Part shown: positions 10,652 to 21,691 of the stretch, piece by piece
Layout: each line of letters opens with the position of its first letter
How positions within the stretch are numbered: the first letter of the stretch is position 1
From: an uncultured Gemmatimonadales bacterium
GTDB lineage: Bacteria > Gemmatimonadota > Gemmatimonadetes > Gemmatimonadales > GWC2-71-9
Assembly: GCA_963748815.1 (NCBI GenBank)
Contig: CAVVKJ010000005.1
Span: forward strand, 320,001 to 384,000
Direction of reading: 5' to 3'
DNA length: 64,000 nucleotides
Position numbers and translations under genes: made by a program
Notes under the pieces: generated by a model
Told to the model about the DNA's origin: nothing
Database searches by the model: none
What the model saw: only the letters and a program-made list of their open reading frames with translations

Positions 10652-12375
10652 ATGACACGTTTGATTCGTGGTTCGGTCCTGCTCGCCGCCTGTGTGGGCC
10701 TCTGGTCTTGTGGCACTGACTCGACCTCGAGTGAGGCCGGGGTGCCCTACAAGATCGTCTCACTGCCATCGGTGGTGTTCATCAAGACCGATTCGTCCCA
10801 GCTGATTTCCTTCCAGCTGGTCGATGAGCTCGACGGACAGATCCCGACGAACTGGACGCTGACCAGCGCCTCGCCGAACTTCACGGTGGCGCTGGACTCG
10901 TCCTATCGCGTGGTCTACAACTCCGACGGCACCCTCACGCTGCCGGATTCTCAGACCGAGGTGCGCGCCACCATCACGGGCACCAGCCTGCTCGGTATCT
11001 CGGAATTCACCGTCTCGGCCGGCGGCAAGACGCTGACCATCCCGGTGAACACCGTCCCCGGCACCCTGTACGCCACCTTCAGCCCGGCCAACCCGGCTCC
11101 CGGCGAAACCGTCACTATGACGATGCCGCCGTCGCTCCGGCTCACCCCGGCGTCCAGGATCGGGTTCCCCGGCAACAACACGAGCGCGACCGACACCTCG
11201 AGCATCCGGAACCTGGTCATCGCGGCGGACTCGATGTCGGCCACGTTCATCGCCGCGCCGACGGTCGACACGGTGGCGCGGGTCACGAACGTCTACAACA
11301 CCGAGTTCCCGACCATCGTCCCCGTCACGCTGACCAGCCAGACCAAGGTGACCGGCACGCAGTCGGCCACCTGGAACGGGCAGCTGCCGGCCACGCTCTC
11401 CCCGCTGGTCGGCGGCCAGCTGACGGCCACGCTCGACCCGGCGTATGCGTACAAGTGCGACCCGACCTGCGCCAACGCGCTCCGTCGGTCTTCTCCTTCC
11501 CGACGCAGACGGCGCCGATCGTGGTGAGCGTCTCGGCGGACAGCACGGTCGCCACGCTCCAGGTCGGCCCGAACGTGCTCGTCGGTGCTCCAGGTGACCC
11601 GCATCACCTTCAAGGGCGCGCCGATGTTCGAGTACACGCTGACCTCGGCGGATGAGGTGAACAGCACTCGGTGTGCCTGACTTCCACGGCCACGTTGAGC
11701 GCTACACACCCCCAGATTGGCGACACCATCGACGCTTACGGCTTGCGGCGGGTCAAGTTCGACCTTCTCGGCCAGCTGGCGCGTACCACGGCCCTAATGC
11801 GGCGTGCGATGGTCCGTCAGCGCGGACAGCTCCCACCATGACGATCCAGCCGTAGCCCGGCTCCACCGGACTGCCGACCGTGAGCGGCGTTATCGCACCG
11901 ACGGACCCGGCTTTGCCAATCGTCCTTCCGGCCGGGCACGTCGAACTTGCTCACGCAATCGACCGCGACGAGCCATCCCCCCACCGGGACCCGACGCCTG
12001 GCACTGCCCGGTAATCGTTCTACGAACGCCGGGCTGTTCGACTCGGTCATCCTGCGGGCGTGTCAGCTGCGGTCTGAACGATCGTCGATGCGTCAGGATC
12101 GACCAGATCACCGTGCCGCGGGGAGCAGGACCTTCACCCCGACTTGGTCGAACGACTCGGCCCTTGGCGACTGCTACTTCCCAAGCCACGCTGGCGGATT
12201 CGCGGTGCGGGCATCACTACTGGATGCGATGCTCACGGCAGGGGAGACTGCACAACCGGAAAGCTGACGGCCGACCTTCCCGGCGGGAACGTACTTCCTG
12301 GAGGTGGAGAATCGTGCCGGTATCCGATCCGGATCCGATCTGGCTCAGATTCAGCTCAGTAGAGCAAGGAGTAGC
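10652..12375 (+). CDS. Putative surface lipoprotein with repeated Ig-like beta modules; 3' half heavily frameshifted, end approximate
   Basis: Lipobox-like GLWS-C; Thr/Pro-rich; recurring motif VIAADSMSATF / VSVSADSTVATL / SVSADS(S)...MTIQP across frames. Confidence 0.55.
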
Positions 12376-12396
12376 GATGGTAGTGGGAGACTGGGC

Positions 12397-12432
12397 AGCG
12401 CCCCCGCGAATATCCGGGGGCGCTCTTGCGTT
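12397..12432. terminator. Stem-loop between convergent genes
   Basis: AGCGCCCCCG-CGAATATC-CGGGGGCGCT followed by CTTGCGTT. Confidence 0.6.
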
Positions 12433-12462
12433 GCCGTCCTCCGGCGAGCCCCGGCTCGCGCG

Positions 12463-13867
12463 CTACCTGGTCGGGTCTCCCAGGCCCGCGGCGTAGAGTG
12501 AGCCGATGCGCTGCACGCGGAAGATGTAGGCGCCGTCCACGCCGGTCAGCTCCCACACCCTGTTGCCGGCCTGGTCCACCTCGATGACCCGCCCGCGCGC
12601 GGCCGAACGACACCGTCCCGTGCCCGTCGGCGTGGTACTGGGTGCTCCCGCCGACGTTGGTATAGGTGGTCGGGGCGTCGATGAACTCCCATTCCATCGT
12701 GGCCGTCATTGCGTCGGTGTCGAGCAGGTACCGCACGAACCGGCTCGGCGCCGACAGGCCGTTGTCCAGCATCTGGACTTGGTCCGGGCCCCGCCCACCG
12801 GACGCCGTGCTGCCGCTGGAAGCTGCCCTTCGGGTCGCCCAGGATGGTGAACTCGTTCGCGAGCCCGCCGAACCGCCAGATGACCGCCCCGGTGACGCGG
12901 TCGACCTTGGTCACCTCGTCGAGGCTCCGGAAGCCGAGGATGAGATTGGAGTCGCTGTCGAACCCGAGGCCGTTGCCATGCGTGAAGTTGACCGCCGGCC
13001 CGGTCCGCTCGGACAGGGCCAGGTCGGTGATGGCGAAGTGGTCGAAGGCGTTCCACTCCCAGAGCACCGCGCCGGTGGCGGAGAGATGCTGCACCACCGT
13101 GGCGGTCACCGCCGCGGCCGCCTGCCCGCCGACGGCGGTCAGGTCCATCGTGCGGGTTTCGTCGCAGAGCAGCCAGGCGTCGCCACCGGCGCTCGATCAG
13201 CAGATCGTGGAAGCGGGTCGGCCGCCCGGAACATGCGAGGGTCGCCGGTCTGCTCACCGAGGCTGTTCAGCACCCGAAATTCCGTCTCGAGCGGGCCGGT
13301 ACCGAGGAGCGTGTAGCGCCCCACCGGATGCGCCTGAAAGGAATTGAGGGTGCCGTTCGGCGAATGAGTGGTACCAGACCACCTTCCCCGAGTTGTCGAC
13401 GGTGACCGCCGCCATCCGGCAGCGACAGCGCCAGGTAGCCTGGCTGCGCGGAGGTGCCGACGCTTCCGATGGCGGGAATCCAGGCCGGCAGCGACCCGCT
13501 GGTAAAGGGGAGGGAGTCGACGACGCGATCGGCCGATCCCGGCCAGCGTGAGGACGACGCGGAAGGTGTAGGCGGTCGCGGTGTCGAGGCCGAGGACGGG
13601 GACCCGGACCACGGTGTCGCCGGCGAATCCGACTGCCGGGGTCCGGACCACCGGCGCCGCGCCACCGCCTGGTACTCGATGTAGGCGCTGTCGTACGCCT
13701 CGGCCCGGACCAGCACCGCGGCCGCGAGCACGTTTTCCGGAATGTCCTGTACCGATGCGCCGGCGTATTGCTGGGGAGGGGTCGGGGCCTGGGTGTCGGA
13801 GTCGCTGCATCCCGCCAGCCACAGCGAACGCGAAGGCGGCGACAAGGGCACGTGGAAGCCGGGTCAT
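12463..13867 (-). CDS. Arylsulfate sulfotransferase (ASST)-family lipoprotein, several frameshifts
   Basis: LWLAG-C lipobox; VPVLGL...YTFRV N-domain; FTHGNGLGFDSDSNLILGFRSLDEVTKVDRVTGAVIWRFGG; FQRQHGVR; MLDNG; ends YIFRVQRIGSLYAAGLGDPTR*. Confidence 0.8.
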
Positions 13868-13894
13868 TCGGTCCTCTGGGTCTGGACGTGTGTC

Positions 13895-15718
13895 TCAGGG
13901 GGTCATGCCTCGGCGGGGACGCCCTCCAACTCGGCATCTCCACTTCGGAACTGTCGTCTGATATAAGCGAGAATAGAGGCCATTTTGCGCCAGCAGGTCG
14001 GTGTGCGTCCCTTCCTCCACCACCCGCCCGTGGTCCAGCACCACCAGCCGGTCGGCCCGCCGGACGGTGCTCAGGCGGTGGGCAATAATAAGCGTGGTGC
14101 GGCCGACCAGCAGCTTTTCGAGGGCGTCCTCCACCAGCCGTTCGCTCTCGGTGTCCAGGCTGCTGGTGGCCTCGTCGAGGACCAGGACAGCCGGGTCCTT
14201 GAGCACCGCCCGGGCAATGGCAATCCGCTGCCGCTGGCCCCCCGACAGCTTGACCCCCCGCTCCCCCACGATCGTCCCGTAGCCGTCCGGCAGCCGCTCC
14301 ACGAACTCGTGGGCGTGCGCGGCACGGGCCGCCCGCTCCACGTCAGCCTCAGAGGCATCTGGGCGCGCATAGGCGATGTTCTCGCGGACGGTGCCGCTGA
14401 ACAGGGCCGGCTCCTGGGGGACCACCCCGATGGCACCCCGAAGGTCCCTGAGCCGAAGCTGGCGGACATCCACCCCCTCCAGCCGGATGCTCCCCTCCGC
14501 CACGTCCCAGAACCGGGGGAGGAGGCTCACCAGCGTCGTCTTTCCGGCCCCCGAGGGCCCCACGATGGCCACCACCTCGCCCGGCGCCAGCGCCAGCGAC
14601 ACCTCCCGGACGGCCCAGGGGGCGTCGGGGTGGTCCAGGTACCTGAAGGACACCCGGTCGAATTCCACCCGGCCCCTGAGCGGCGTGGGGAGGGGGGTGG
14701 GAGCGGGGGGGTCGGCAATGGCGGAATCGGCCTCGAGCAGCTGGAACACCCGCTCCGCTGCCCCCACCGATTCCTGGTAGTTGCTGAAGAAGGAGGCCAG
14801 CGCCCCCACCGAGGCGGCAATCGTCACGGTGTACAGGAGGAAGCTCACCAGGGTGCCGGCGGTCAGGGAGCCGTCCAGCACCAGCCGCCCCCCCTGCCAG
14901 AGCACGATGACGATCCCGGTGAACATGCTGAAGGTGATGGCCCCGAAGAACACCCCGCGCACCTGCGCCCGGACCAACGCCGACTCGACCACCTTGCCGA
15001 TCATCCCGCCATACCGCGCCCGCTCCGCCGGTTCCTGCACGAAGCTCTGCACCGTCCGGATCTGGCTGAAGGCCTCCTCCGCCACCGCCGTCGCGTCGGC
15101 CACCCGGTCCTGGACCCCGGTGCTGATTCGCCGGAGGCGGCGGCCGAAGAAGAGCGCCGTCCAGACCGCCACCGGGACGACGGCGAGGGCGGTGAGCGTC
15201 AGGCGGGGCTGGAGCCAGGTGAGGAGCGCGATGCCGCCCACCAGCGCCAGGATCTGCCGCGAAAATTCCGCGATCTGGTGGCTCAGGACCCCCTGCAGGA
15301 GCCCGATGTCGATGGTCAGCCGGCTGGTGAGCTCTCCCGTCTTCCGGTCGGCAAAGAACCCCGGCGGCATGTCCAGCAGCTTGGCGAAGAGCTCTTCGCG
15401 GAGGCCGGCCACCGCCCGCTCGCCGGTGGCGCTGAGGAGGTAGGTCTGGGCGTAGTTGAGAAAGGCCTGGATCAGGAAGAGTCCGGTCAGGCCGAGGGCC
15501 ACCCGGTCGAGGAGCGAGCGGTCCTGGTCCACGAAGGCCGCGTCGAGGAGGCGTCCCACTACCAGCGGAAAGGCGAGTCCGATGGCGGCGCTCAGGAGCA
15601 GCGCCAGCGACGCGAGCGCCAGCGCCCGGCGGTGGGGCCGCACCCGCGGCCAGAGGCGGGTGAGCTGCTTTGGGGATGGGAGACGGCGGCGGGCGGCTGG
15701 CTCGAGGGGCGTCGTCAC
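13895..15718 (-). CDS. ABC exporter, fused permease + ATPase (MsbA/ABCB-like)
   Basis: Six TM segments; GPSGAGKTT, LSGGQRQRIAIARA, LVLDEATSSLD, IAHRLST; GTG start overlaps the ctaB stop (GTGA); possible frameshift near 13960. Confidence 0.92.
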   Translation of the reverse strand: MTTPLEPAARRRLPSPKQLTRLWPRVRPHRRALALASLALLLSAAIGLAFPLVVGRLLDAAFVDQDRSLLDRVALGLTGLFLIQAFLNYAQTYLLSATGERAVAGLREELFAKLLDMPPGFFADRKTGELTSRLTIDIGLLQGVLSHQIAEFSRQILALVGGIALLTWLQPRLTLTALAVVPVAVWTALFFGRRLRRISTGVQDRVADATAVAEEAFSQIRTVQSFVQEPAERARYGGMIGKVVESALVRAQVRGVFFGAITFSMFTGIVIVLWQGGRLVLDGSLTAGTLVSFLLYTVTIAASVGALASFFSNYQESVGAAERVFQLLEADSAIADPPAPTPLPTPLRGRVEFDRVSFRYLDHPDAPWAVREVSLALAPGEVVAIVGPSGAGKTTLVSLLPRFWDVAEGSIRLEGVDVRQLRLRDLRGAIGVVPQEPALFSGTVRENIAYARPDASEADVERAARAAHAHEFVERLPDGYGTIVGERGVKLSGGQRQRIAIARAVLKDPAVLVLDEATSSLDTESERLVEDALEKLLVGRTTLIIAHRLSTVRRADRLVVLDHGRVVEEGTHTDLLAQNGLYSRLYQTTVPKWRCRVGGRPRRGMTP

Positions 15719-16712
15719 CGGCCGAGGGGGCTGGCCACCGGGGCCGGCTGGTCGAGAATGAGGACCTCGGGCGTTTCCGCCTGCGCCTCGCGGGGCAGGG
15801 CGCGGTCCACGCTCATCGCCACGAAGAGCAGCGCGAGGTAGGCGAGGGAATACTTGTACATCTTCCAGGCGGTGGGGGTGACGCCCTCTTCCCGCAGCAG
15901 CTGGAAGTTGTACCAGAGGAACCGGCCGCCGAGCGCCAGCGCCGCCACCGCGTAGAGGAGGCCGAACGCCCCGAAGAGGGCGGGGAGGATGGTCAGCGGA
16001 ATCAGGATGAGGGTGTAGATGAGCATCTGCACCTTGGTTTCCCGGTCGCCCCGGACCACCGGCAGCATCGGGACCCCCGCCTTCGCGTACTCCCCCTTCT
16101 TCAGCAGCGCCAGCGCCCAGAAGTGCGGCGGGGTCCAGTAGAAGATGATCGCGAAGAGGTAGAAGGCGGTGAGGTCCAGCTTGCCCGCCATGGCGGCGTA
16201 GCCGACGAGCGGTGGAAACGCGCCTGCCGCCCCTCCGATGACGATGTTCTGCGGGGTGGAGCGCTTGAGCCAGACGGTGTAAATCAGCACGTAGAAGAGG
16301 AGTCCGCCGAGCGCCAGCCAGGCGCTGAGCGGGTTGGCAAAGCGCCAGAGGATGGCGAAGGCCAGCGTGCCGAGCCCGATCCCGAACGCCAGCGCGGCCA
16401 GCGGCGCCACCCGCCCGGAGGGGACGGGACGCAGCCTGGTCCGGGACATGAAATGGTCGATGTCCTGGTCGAACCACATGTTGATGGCGTTGGCGCCGCC
16501 GGCCATCAGGAATCCGCCGAGGAGCACCCAGCCCACGAGGGAAAGGGGGGCGCGCCGAGTCCGGTGATGTACATCGGGGCGACGGCGGTCACCAGCAGGA
16601 GGGAAATGACCCGGGGCTTGGTCAGGGCGACGAGGTCGCGCACCAGGGAGGGGTGAACCTTTCGGTCATCCCGGCCCGTGGTTGGTTCCGATCCGCCATG
16701 CAACACACCCAT
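15715..16712 (-). CDS. ctaB: Protoheme IX farnesyltransferase (heme O synthase), frameshift ~16545, start uncertain
   Basis: LTKPRVISLLLVT; AINMWFDQDIDHFMSRTRLRPVPSG; KRSTPQNIVIGGAAGAFPPLVG; FYWTPPHFWALAL; EYAKAGVPMLPV. Confidence 0.93.
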
Positions 16713-16799
16713 GCCTGCTCCGGGTCACTGGGAAAGGGGAAAAGAAACGGCCCCGGGCGGGTCCTTGTCAAGCGGAGCCGAGGGGCGCAAACTCCACCG

Positions 16800-18170
16800 A
16801 TGCAAACAAATAGCGCTGGAACCGGCGTCCGCGACGCCTGGGGCGAACGCCTCCCCCGCCGCCTCGGCCTCATGAGTGCGGTGGCGGTCCTGGTCGGCTC
16901 GACAATCGGCAGCGGGATCTTTCGGGTGCCGGCCAGCGTGGCCGGGCGGATCACGGAGCCGGGCCCCTTCCTGCTGGCCTGGGCCATCGGCGGGGCCATC
17001 GTGCTCTGCGGAGCCCTCACCTACGCCGAGCTTGCTGCCGCGCTCCCGAGATCCGGGGGCGTCTTCGCGTATATCCTCGAGGCGTTCGGTCCCCTCCCCG
17101 CCTTCCTCTTCGGCTGGTCGACGCTGGCGGTCATTCGCGCCTCGGCGCTGGGGGCCATCTCGACGATCTTCGCCGAGTACCTCGGCTACTTCCTTCCCCT
17201 GACCGCCACGCAGGTCCAGTACGTGGCGGCGGGGGCCATCATCCTGGTGGGGCTCTTCAACTACTTCGGCGTCAACATCGCCGCCGTCCTGGTCAATCTG
17301 TCGACCGTGGTCAAGTACGGGGCGCTGGTGGCGCTGGCGGGGCTGGCCTTCACCATCGGCGAGGGCACCACCGCCAACTTTGCTCCGGTGTGGGGCGGTG
17401 GCGTGCAGCTGTCCATCATGGGGACCGCCCTCATCTCGATCATGTGGACCTATGACGGGTGGGCCGACCTGGCCTATCTCGGTGGCGAAGTGAAGGATCC
17501 CGCCCGGAACCTCCCGCGGGCGCTCCTGCTGGGCACGGTGGCCATCATCGCCATCTACCTCGTGGTGAACCTGGCCTACCTCTACCTGGTGCCGCTGCCG
17601 CAGATGGCGGGGTCCGCGCTCATCGCCGCCACCGCGGCCGAGCGGATCCCCCTCTTCGGGGGCGGGGCGGGGGGCGTCATTGCCGGCGTGGTGATGATTT
17701 CCACCTTCAGCGCGCTCCTCGGTTCGATGATGACGGGCCCGCGGGTCTTCTTCGCCATGGCCGACCGCGGCCTCTTCTTCACCGCGATCGCGCGGGTCAG
17801 CCCCCGGTACCAGAGCCCCTCCGTGGCGATCCTGCTCGCCACCGGACTCGGCGTGGTGTACGTCCTGCTCAACGACTTCCAGCAGCTGGCCGACAAGTTC
17901 ATTCTCGGGATCTGGCCGTTCTACGCCCTGGCGGTCGCGGCGGTCTTCGTCCTCCGGAAGAAGCAGCCCGACCTGGTGCGCCCCTACCGGACGTGGGGGT
18001 ATCCGGTGGTCCCCCTGCTGTTCATGGGGGCCTCGATCGCGATCATCGTGAACGCCCTGTGGACCGACCCGGTCAACACCGGTATCACATTCGGGATTAT
18101 CCTGGTCGGGGTTCCGGTGTATTTCGTCTGGCGCCGTGTGGCCCGTCCGGCGGCCATCGCCGAGTCCTGA
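16800..18170 (+). CDS. APC-family amino acid permease
   Basis: GSTIGSGIF, ALTYAELAAALPRSGG, WTYDGW, GEVKDPARNLP, RPYRTWGYP; ~12 TM segments. Confidence 0.92.
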   Translation: MQTNSAGTGVRDAWGERLPRRLGLMSAVAVLVGSTIGSGIFRVPASVAGRITEPGPFLLAWAIGGAIVLCGALTYAELAAALPRSGGVFAYILEAFGPLPAFLFGWSTLAVIRASALGAISTIFAEYLGYFLPLTATQVQYVAAGAIILVGLFNYFGVNIAAVLVNLSTVVKYGALVALAGLAFTIGEGTTANFAPVWGGGVQLSIMGTALISIMWTYDGWADLAYLGGEVKDPARNLPRALLLGTVAIIAIYLVVNLAYLYLVPLPQMAGSALIAATAAERIPLFGGGAGGVIAGVVMISTFSALLGSMMTGPRVFFAMADRGLFFTAIARVSPRYQSPSVAILLATGLGVVYVLLNDFQQLADKFILGIWPFYALAVAAVFVLRKKQPDLVRPYRTWGYPVVPLLFMGASIAIIVNALWTDPVNTGITFGIILVGVPVYFVWRRVARPAAIAES

Positions 18171-18341
18171 GGTCGGAATCGGCTCCTTGACCCCGGGCTG
18201 GCGAGGCGTAAGTTTTTCGGCCATCGCCCGGATGTGCCGGGCCGCCATTTGGGGGTGACCGGCCAGTCGCGGTCACGGGATGACGTGGGGCCAATTCTCC
18301 TGTCGGACGTGCGCCTTATTTACTCCAGTCGAGGTGTCCCT

Positions 18342-21300
18342 ATGCAGTCATGGTTTCGTCGGGTAGCGACCGCGACGGCCGTGGGCGTGCTGTTTGCGCT
18401 CGGGGCCGGCAATCTCTTCGCGCAGGGCGTCACAACGGCGGCGGTGACGGGGACCGTCACGCAGGAGACCGGGGCGCCGGTCGAGGGCGCCGTGATCACG
18501 CTGACCAACCGCGGCACCGGCGCCAAGACCACCGCGACCACGCAGGGGAACGGCAAGTTCTTCATCGAAAACGCGCCGGTCGGCGGCCCCTACACCATCG
18601 AGGCCCGCGCGATCGGCTTCGAGAGCGCCCGGCGCGACAACGTGATGCTCTCCCTCGGCCAGCGCTTTGTCTCCAACTTCACGCTCCGGCAGCAGGTCGT
18701 GGAGCTGCAGGAAATCGCGGTCAACGCCGAAACCGGCGACCCGGTCATGAACACCGCGAAGACCGGCGTGGCGCAGTCGATCAGCGACAGCGCCATCAGC
18801 CGCCTCCCCGTGCTGGGCGGCAACTTCACGAACCTGGTGGCGACCACGCCCCAGGTCGCGTCGATCGGCGCCGGTGTCTCGGCCGCCGGGCAGAACAACC
18901 GGTTCAACAGCATCCAGATCGACGGCGGCGTCAACAACGACCTCTTCGGGCTCGGCGCCACCGGCGCCCCCGGCGGCCAGGCGGACTCCAGGGCCATTTC
19001 CTTCGCCGCGGTGAAGGAATTCCAGGTGCTCATCGCCCCGTTCGACGTGCGGCAGGGCAACTTCGCCGGCGGCCTCGTCAACGCCGTCACGAAGTCGGGA
19101 GCCAACGCCTTTCACGGGTCGGTGTTCGGGCGCCTGCAGAACCAGGACCTGGTGGGCACCGACGTCAACGGCCAGAAGGCGGCGGACTTCAAGGTCCTGC
19201 AGTACGGCGGCACCCTGAGCGGCGCCATCCTCAAGGACAAGCTCCACTACTTCGCCGCGGCCGACATCCAGGAGCGGACCACGCCGTTCGACGGCATCAC
19301 GCTCGAGGAGTCCGGCGCCGCGCCGGGCGACGCCGAGCGGATGATCAACCATCTCAACGCCCTCGGGGCCGATCAGTGGGGCGGGGCCGGCAACGCCGGC
19401 GGCTTCCTGATCGAAAATCCGAACCCGACCTTCTTCGGGAAGCTCACCTGGGCGCCGGCCGCCAACCACAACGTCTCGCTCTCCTACAACAACGTCGAGG
19501 CGTCGGTGGACGTGATCAGCCGACGGCGGAACGGCGACTGGTCGCTGAGCTCCAACGCCTACTCCATCGAGAACAACACCAATTCGCTCCGGCTCATCTG
19601 GAGCGCGCTCTTTGGCGGCAAGTACTCCAACGAGTTCATCGGCGGCTGGCAGTCGATCCGGGACAACCGGCCCCCCGCCGCGACCTATCCGACGATCTAT
19701 GTCGGCTCGGGCGGATCGGGCACGCGCCTGGCGGCGGGCGCCGAGCGCTTCTCGCAGGACAACTCGCTGGACCAGGACATCTTCGAACTGACCGACAACC
19801 TGACCATCGGCGTCGGCGATCACCGGGTCACCGTCGGCACCCACAACGAGTTCTTCGGGTTCAACAACCACTTCTTCCCGCAGAGCATCGGGCAGTGGAC
19901 CTTTGCCAACATCGACTCCTTCGAGAACAACGCGCCGGTCCGGTTCGACCGCGCGCTGCCGCTCATTCCCGGCGGCCCGGTGTCGGACTTCAGCGTGAAC
20001 CAGTGGGGGCTCTACGCGCAGGACCAGTTCAACATCGGCAACCTCGCGCTGACGGTTGGCCTCCGGTGGGACGACCCCATCTTCCCCGATTCGCCGACCT
20101 ACAACCCGACGCTTGACTCCATCACCTCGGATGGGGCGTTGTGGACCGGCGGGACCATCAACACCAGCGTGGTGCCGAGCGGCAACGCCACCTGGTCGCC
20201 GCGCATCGGCTTCAACTGGGACGTGGACGGCTCCGGCACGACGATCGTCCGCGGCGGCGTCGGCTACTTCGGCGGCCGGCCGGCCTACGTCTGGATGTCG
20301 AATGCCTACGTGCAACACCGGCATGACGCAGACCCAGCTCACCTGCCGGAACGACAACGCCAACCCGGACGACAACGTGCCGGGCTTCTCCCTCGATCCC
20401 TCGCTGCAGCCGACCACGTGCGCCGGCACCGCCGGGGTCCTGCCGCCGATTCCGACCATCAACTACTTCGACCCCGACTTCAAGTTCGAGCAGAACATGA
20501 AGCTGTCGTTCGGCGTCGATCATCGGCTGCCGTGGGGGATGGTCGGCACGATCGACCTGCTGTACACCAAGTCCAAGAACACCCTCTACATCCAGGACAA
20601 CAACCTCCAGGGCGTGGTGGACGAGAGCACCCTCACCTACGCCACTGGCGAGGGCAACCGGGCGCGCTACGGCGTGAACTCCGTCACGACCGGCGCCGCC
20701 ACGCCGCTGAAGCAGACCGCCGCCTTCGGCAACGTGCTCGAGCACCTGAACAAGTCCGAGGACCACGCCTTCAGCGGCACCATCCAGCTGCAGAAGCGCT
20801 TCTCCAACGGGATCGAGTTCAACGGCGGGTACACCTACAGCGACGCGCAGGACGTGATGTCGCTGACGTCGAGCATCGCCTTCTCCAACTACGGATTCGC
20901 GACGCTCAACGGCCTGCTCAACGACCGCGAGCTGACCACCTCCACCTTCAGCCGCCCGCACCGGGTGGTCCTGAGCGGGAGCGTCAACCTCCCGGGTGAC
21001 TTCGACTTCTCCCTGATCTACTCGGGCGTCTCGGGCTCGCCCTACGGCTACGTGATCAACGGCGACGCCAACGCCGACGGCGTCGGCGGCACCAACCGCG
21101 AGTTCAACGACATGTTCTACATCCCGCGGGACCGGGATGACATCACGATGTACGGCGCGACGGCCGCGGCGCAGAACGCCTCGTACGACTCGCTGGCCAA
21201 CTTCATCAACTCCCAGGACTGCGTCCGCAACCAGCGCGGCCAGATCATGGAGCGGAACAGCTGCCGGAACGCCTGGGTCAACCGGCTCGACGCCCGGCTC

Positions 21301-21558
21301 CAGAAGAACATCCCGACCTTCAACGGCCAGGTGATGGTCCTGTCGCTGGACGTCTTCAACCTGCTCAACATGATCGACAAGGACTGGGGTCTCGTGAAGA
21401 CGACCAGCGCCTTCGAAGGCCAGAGCCTGGTCCAGCTTCGCGGCTGGGACCCGCTCTACAACCGCGGCATCTACAGCAACGCCTTCCCCATCCTCAACCG
21501 GGTCGATCCGATCGCTTCCGTCTGGCGCATTCAGCTGGGCGGCAAGTACATCTGGTAA
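18342..21558 (+). CDS. TonB-dependent receptor, Oar-like, with carboxypeptidase-regulatory-like domain (frameshift ~20310)
   Basis: Signal ...NLFA-Q; GQNNRFNSIQIDGGVNNDLFGL; EFQVLIAPFDVRQGNFAGGLVNAVTKSG; WSPRIGFNWD; C-terminal WRIQLGGKYIW. Confidence 0.92.
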
Positions 21559-21581
21559 CGAGGACTGGCTCTACCGCATGA

Positions 21582-21617
21582 CGACACGGCCCCCGGGATG
21601 TCCCGGGGGCCGTGTCG
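21582..21617. terminator. Long hairpin between convergent TBDR2 and lptG
   Basis: CGACACGGCCCCCGGGA-TG-TCCCGGGGGCCGTGTCG, 17-bp perfect inverted repeat. Confidence 0.7.
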
Positions 21618-21640
21618 CGTTGGGGAGGTTCAGGCCCCAG

Positions 21641-21691
21641 CGGGTGCGGACGGTAGGGGCACGACGCGTCGTGCCCCTACGTCCGCACCCG
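21641..21691. repeat. GTAG-type REP-like palindrome overlapping the lptG 3' end
   Basis: Core GTAGGGGCACGACGCGTCGTGCCCCTAC (21653-21680) is a perfect palindrome, extended by CGGGTGCGGAC / GTCCGCACCCG. Confidence 0.7.

Noticed and set aside
13895..16477. 860-aa ABC transporter with a long N-terminal extension
   Set aside because: The extension is an alternative frame of ctaB. The likely start is GTG 15718.
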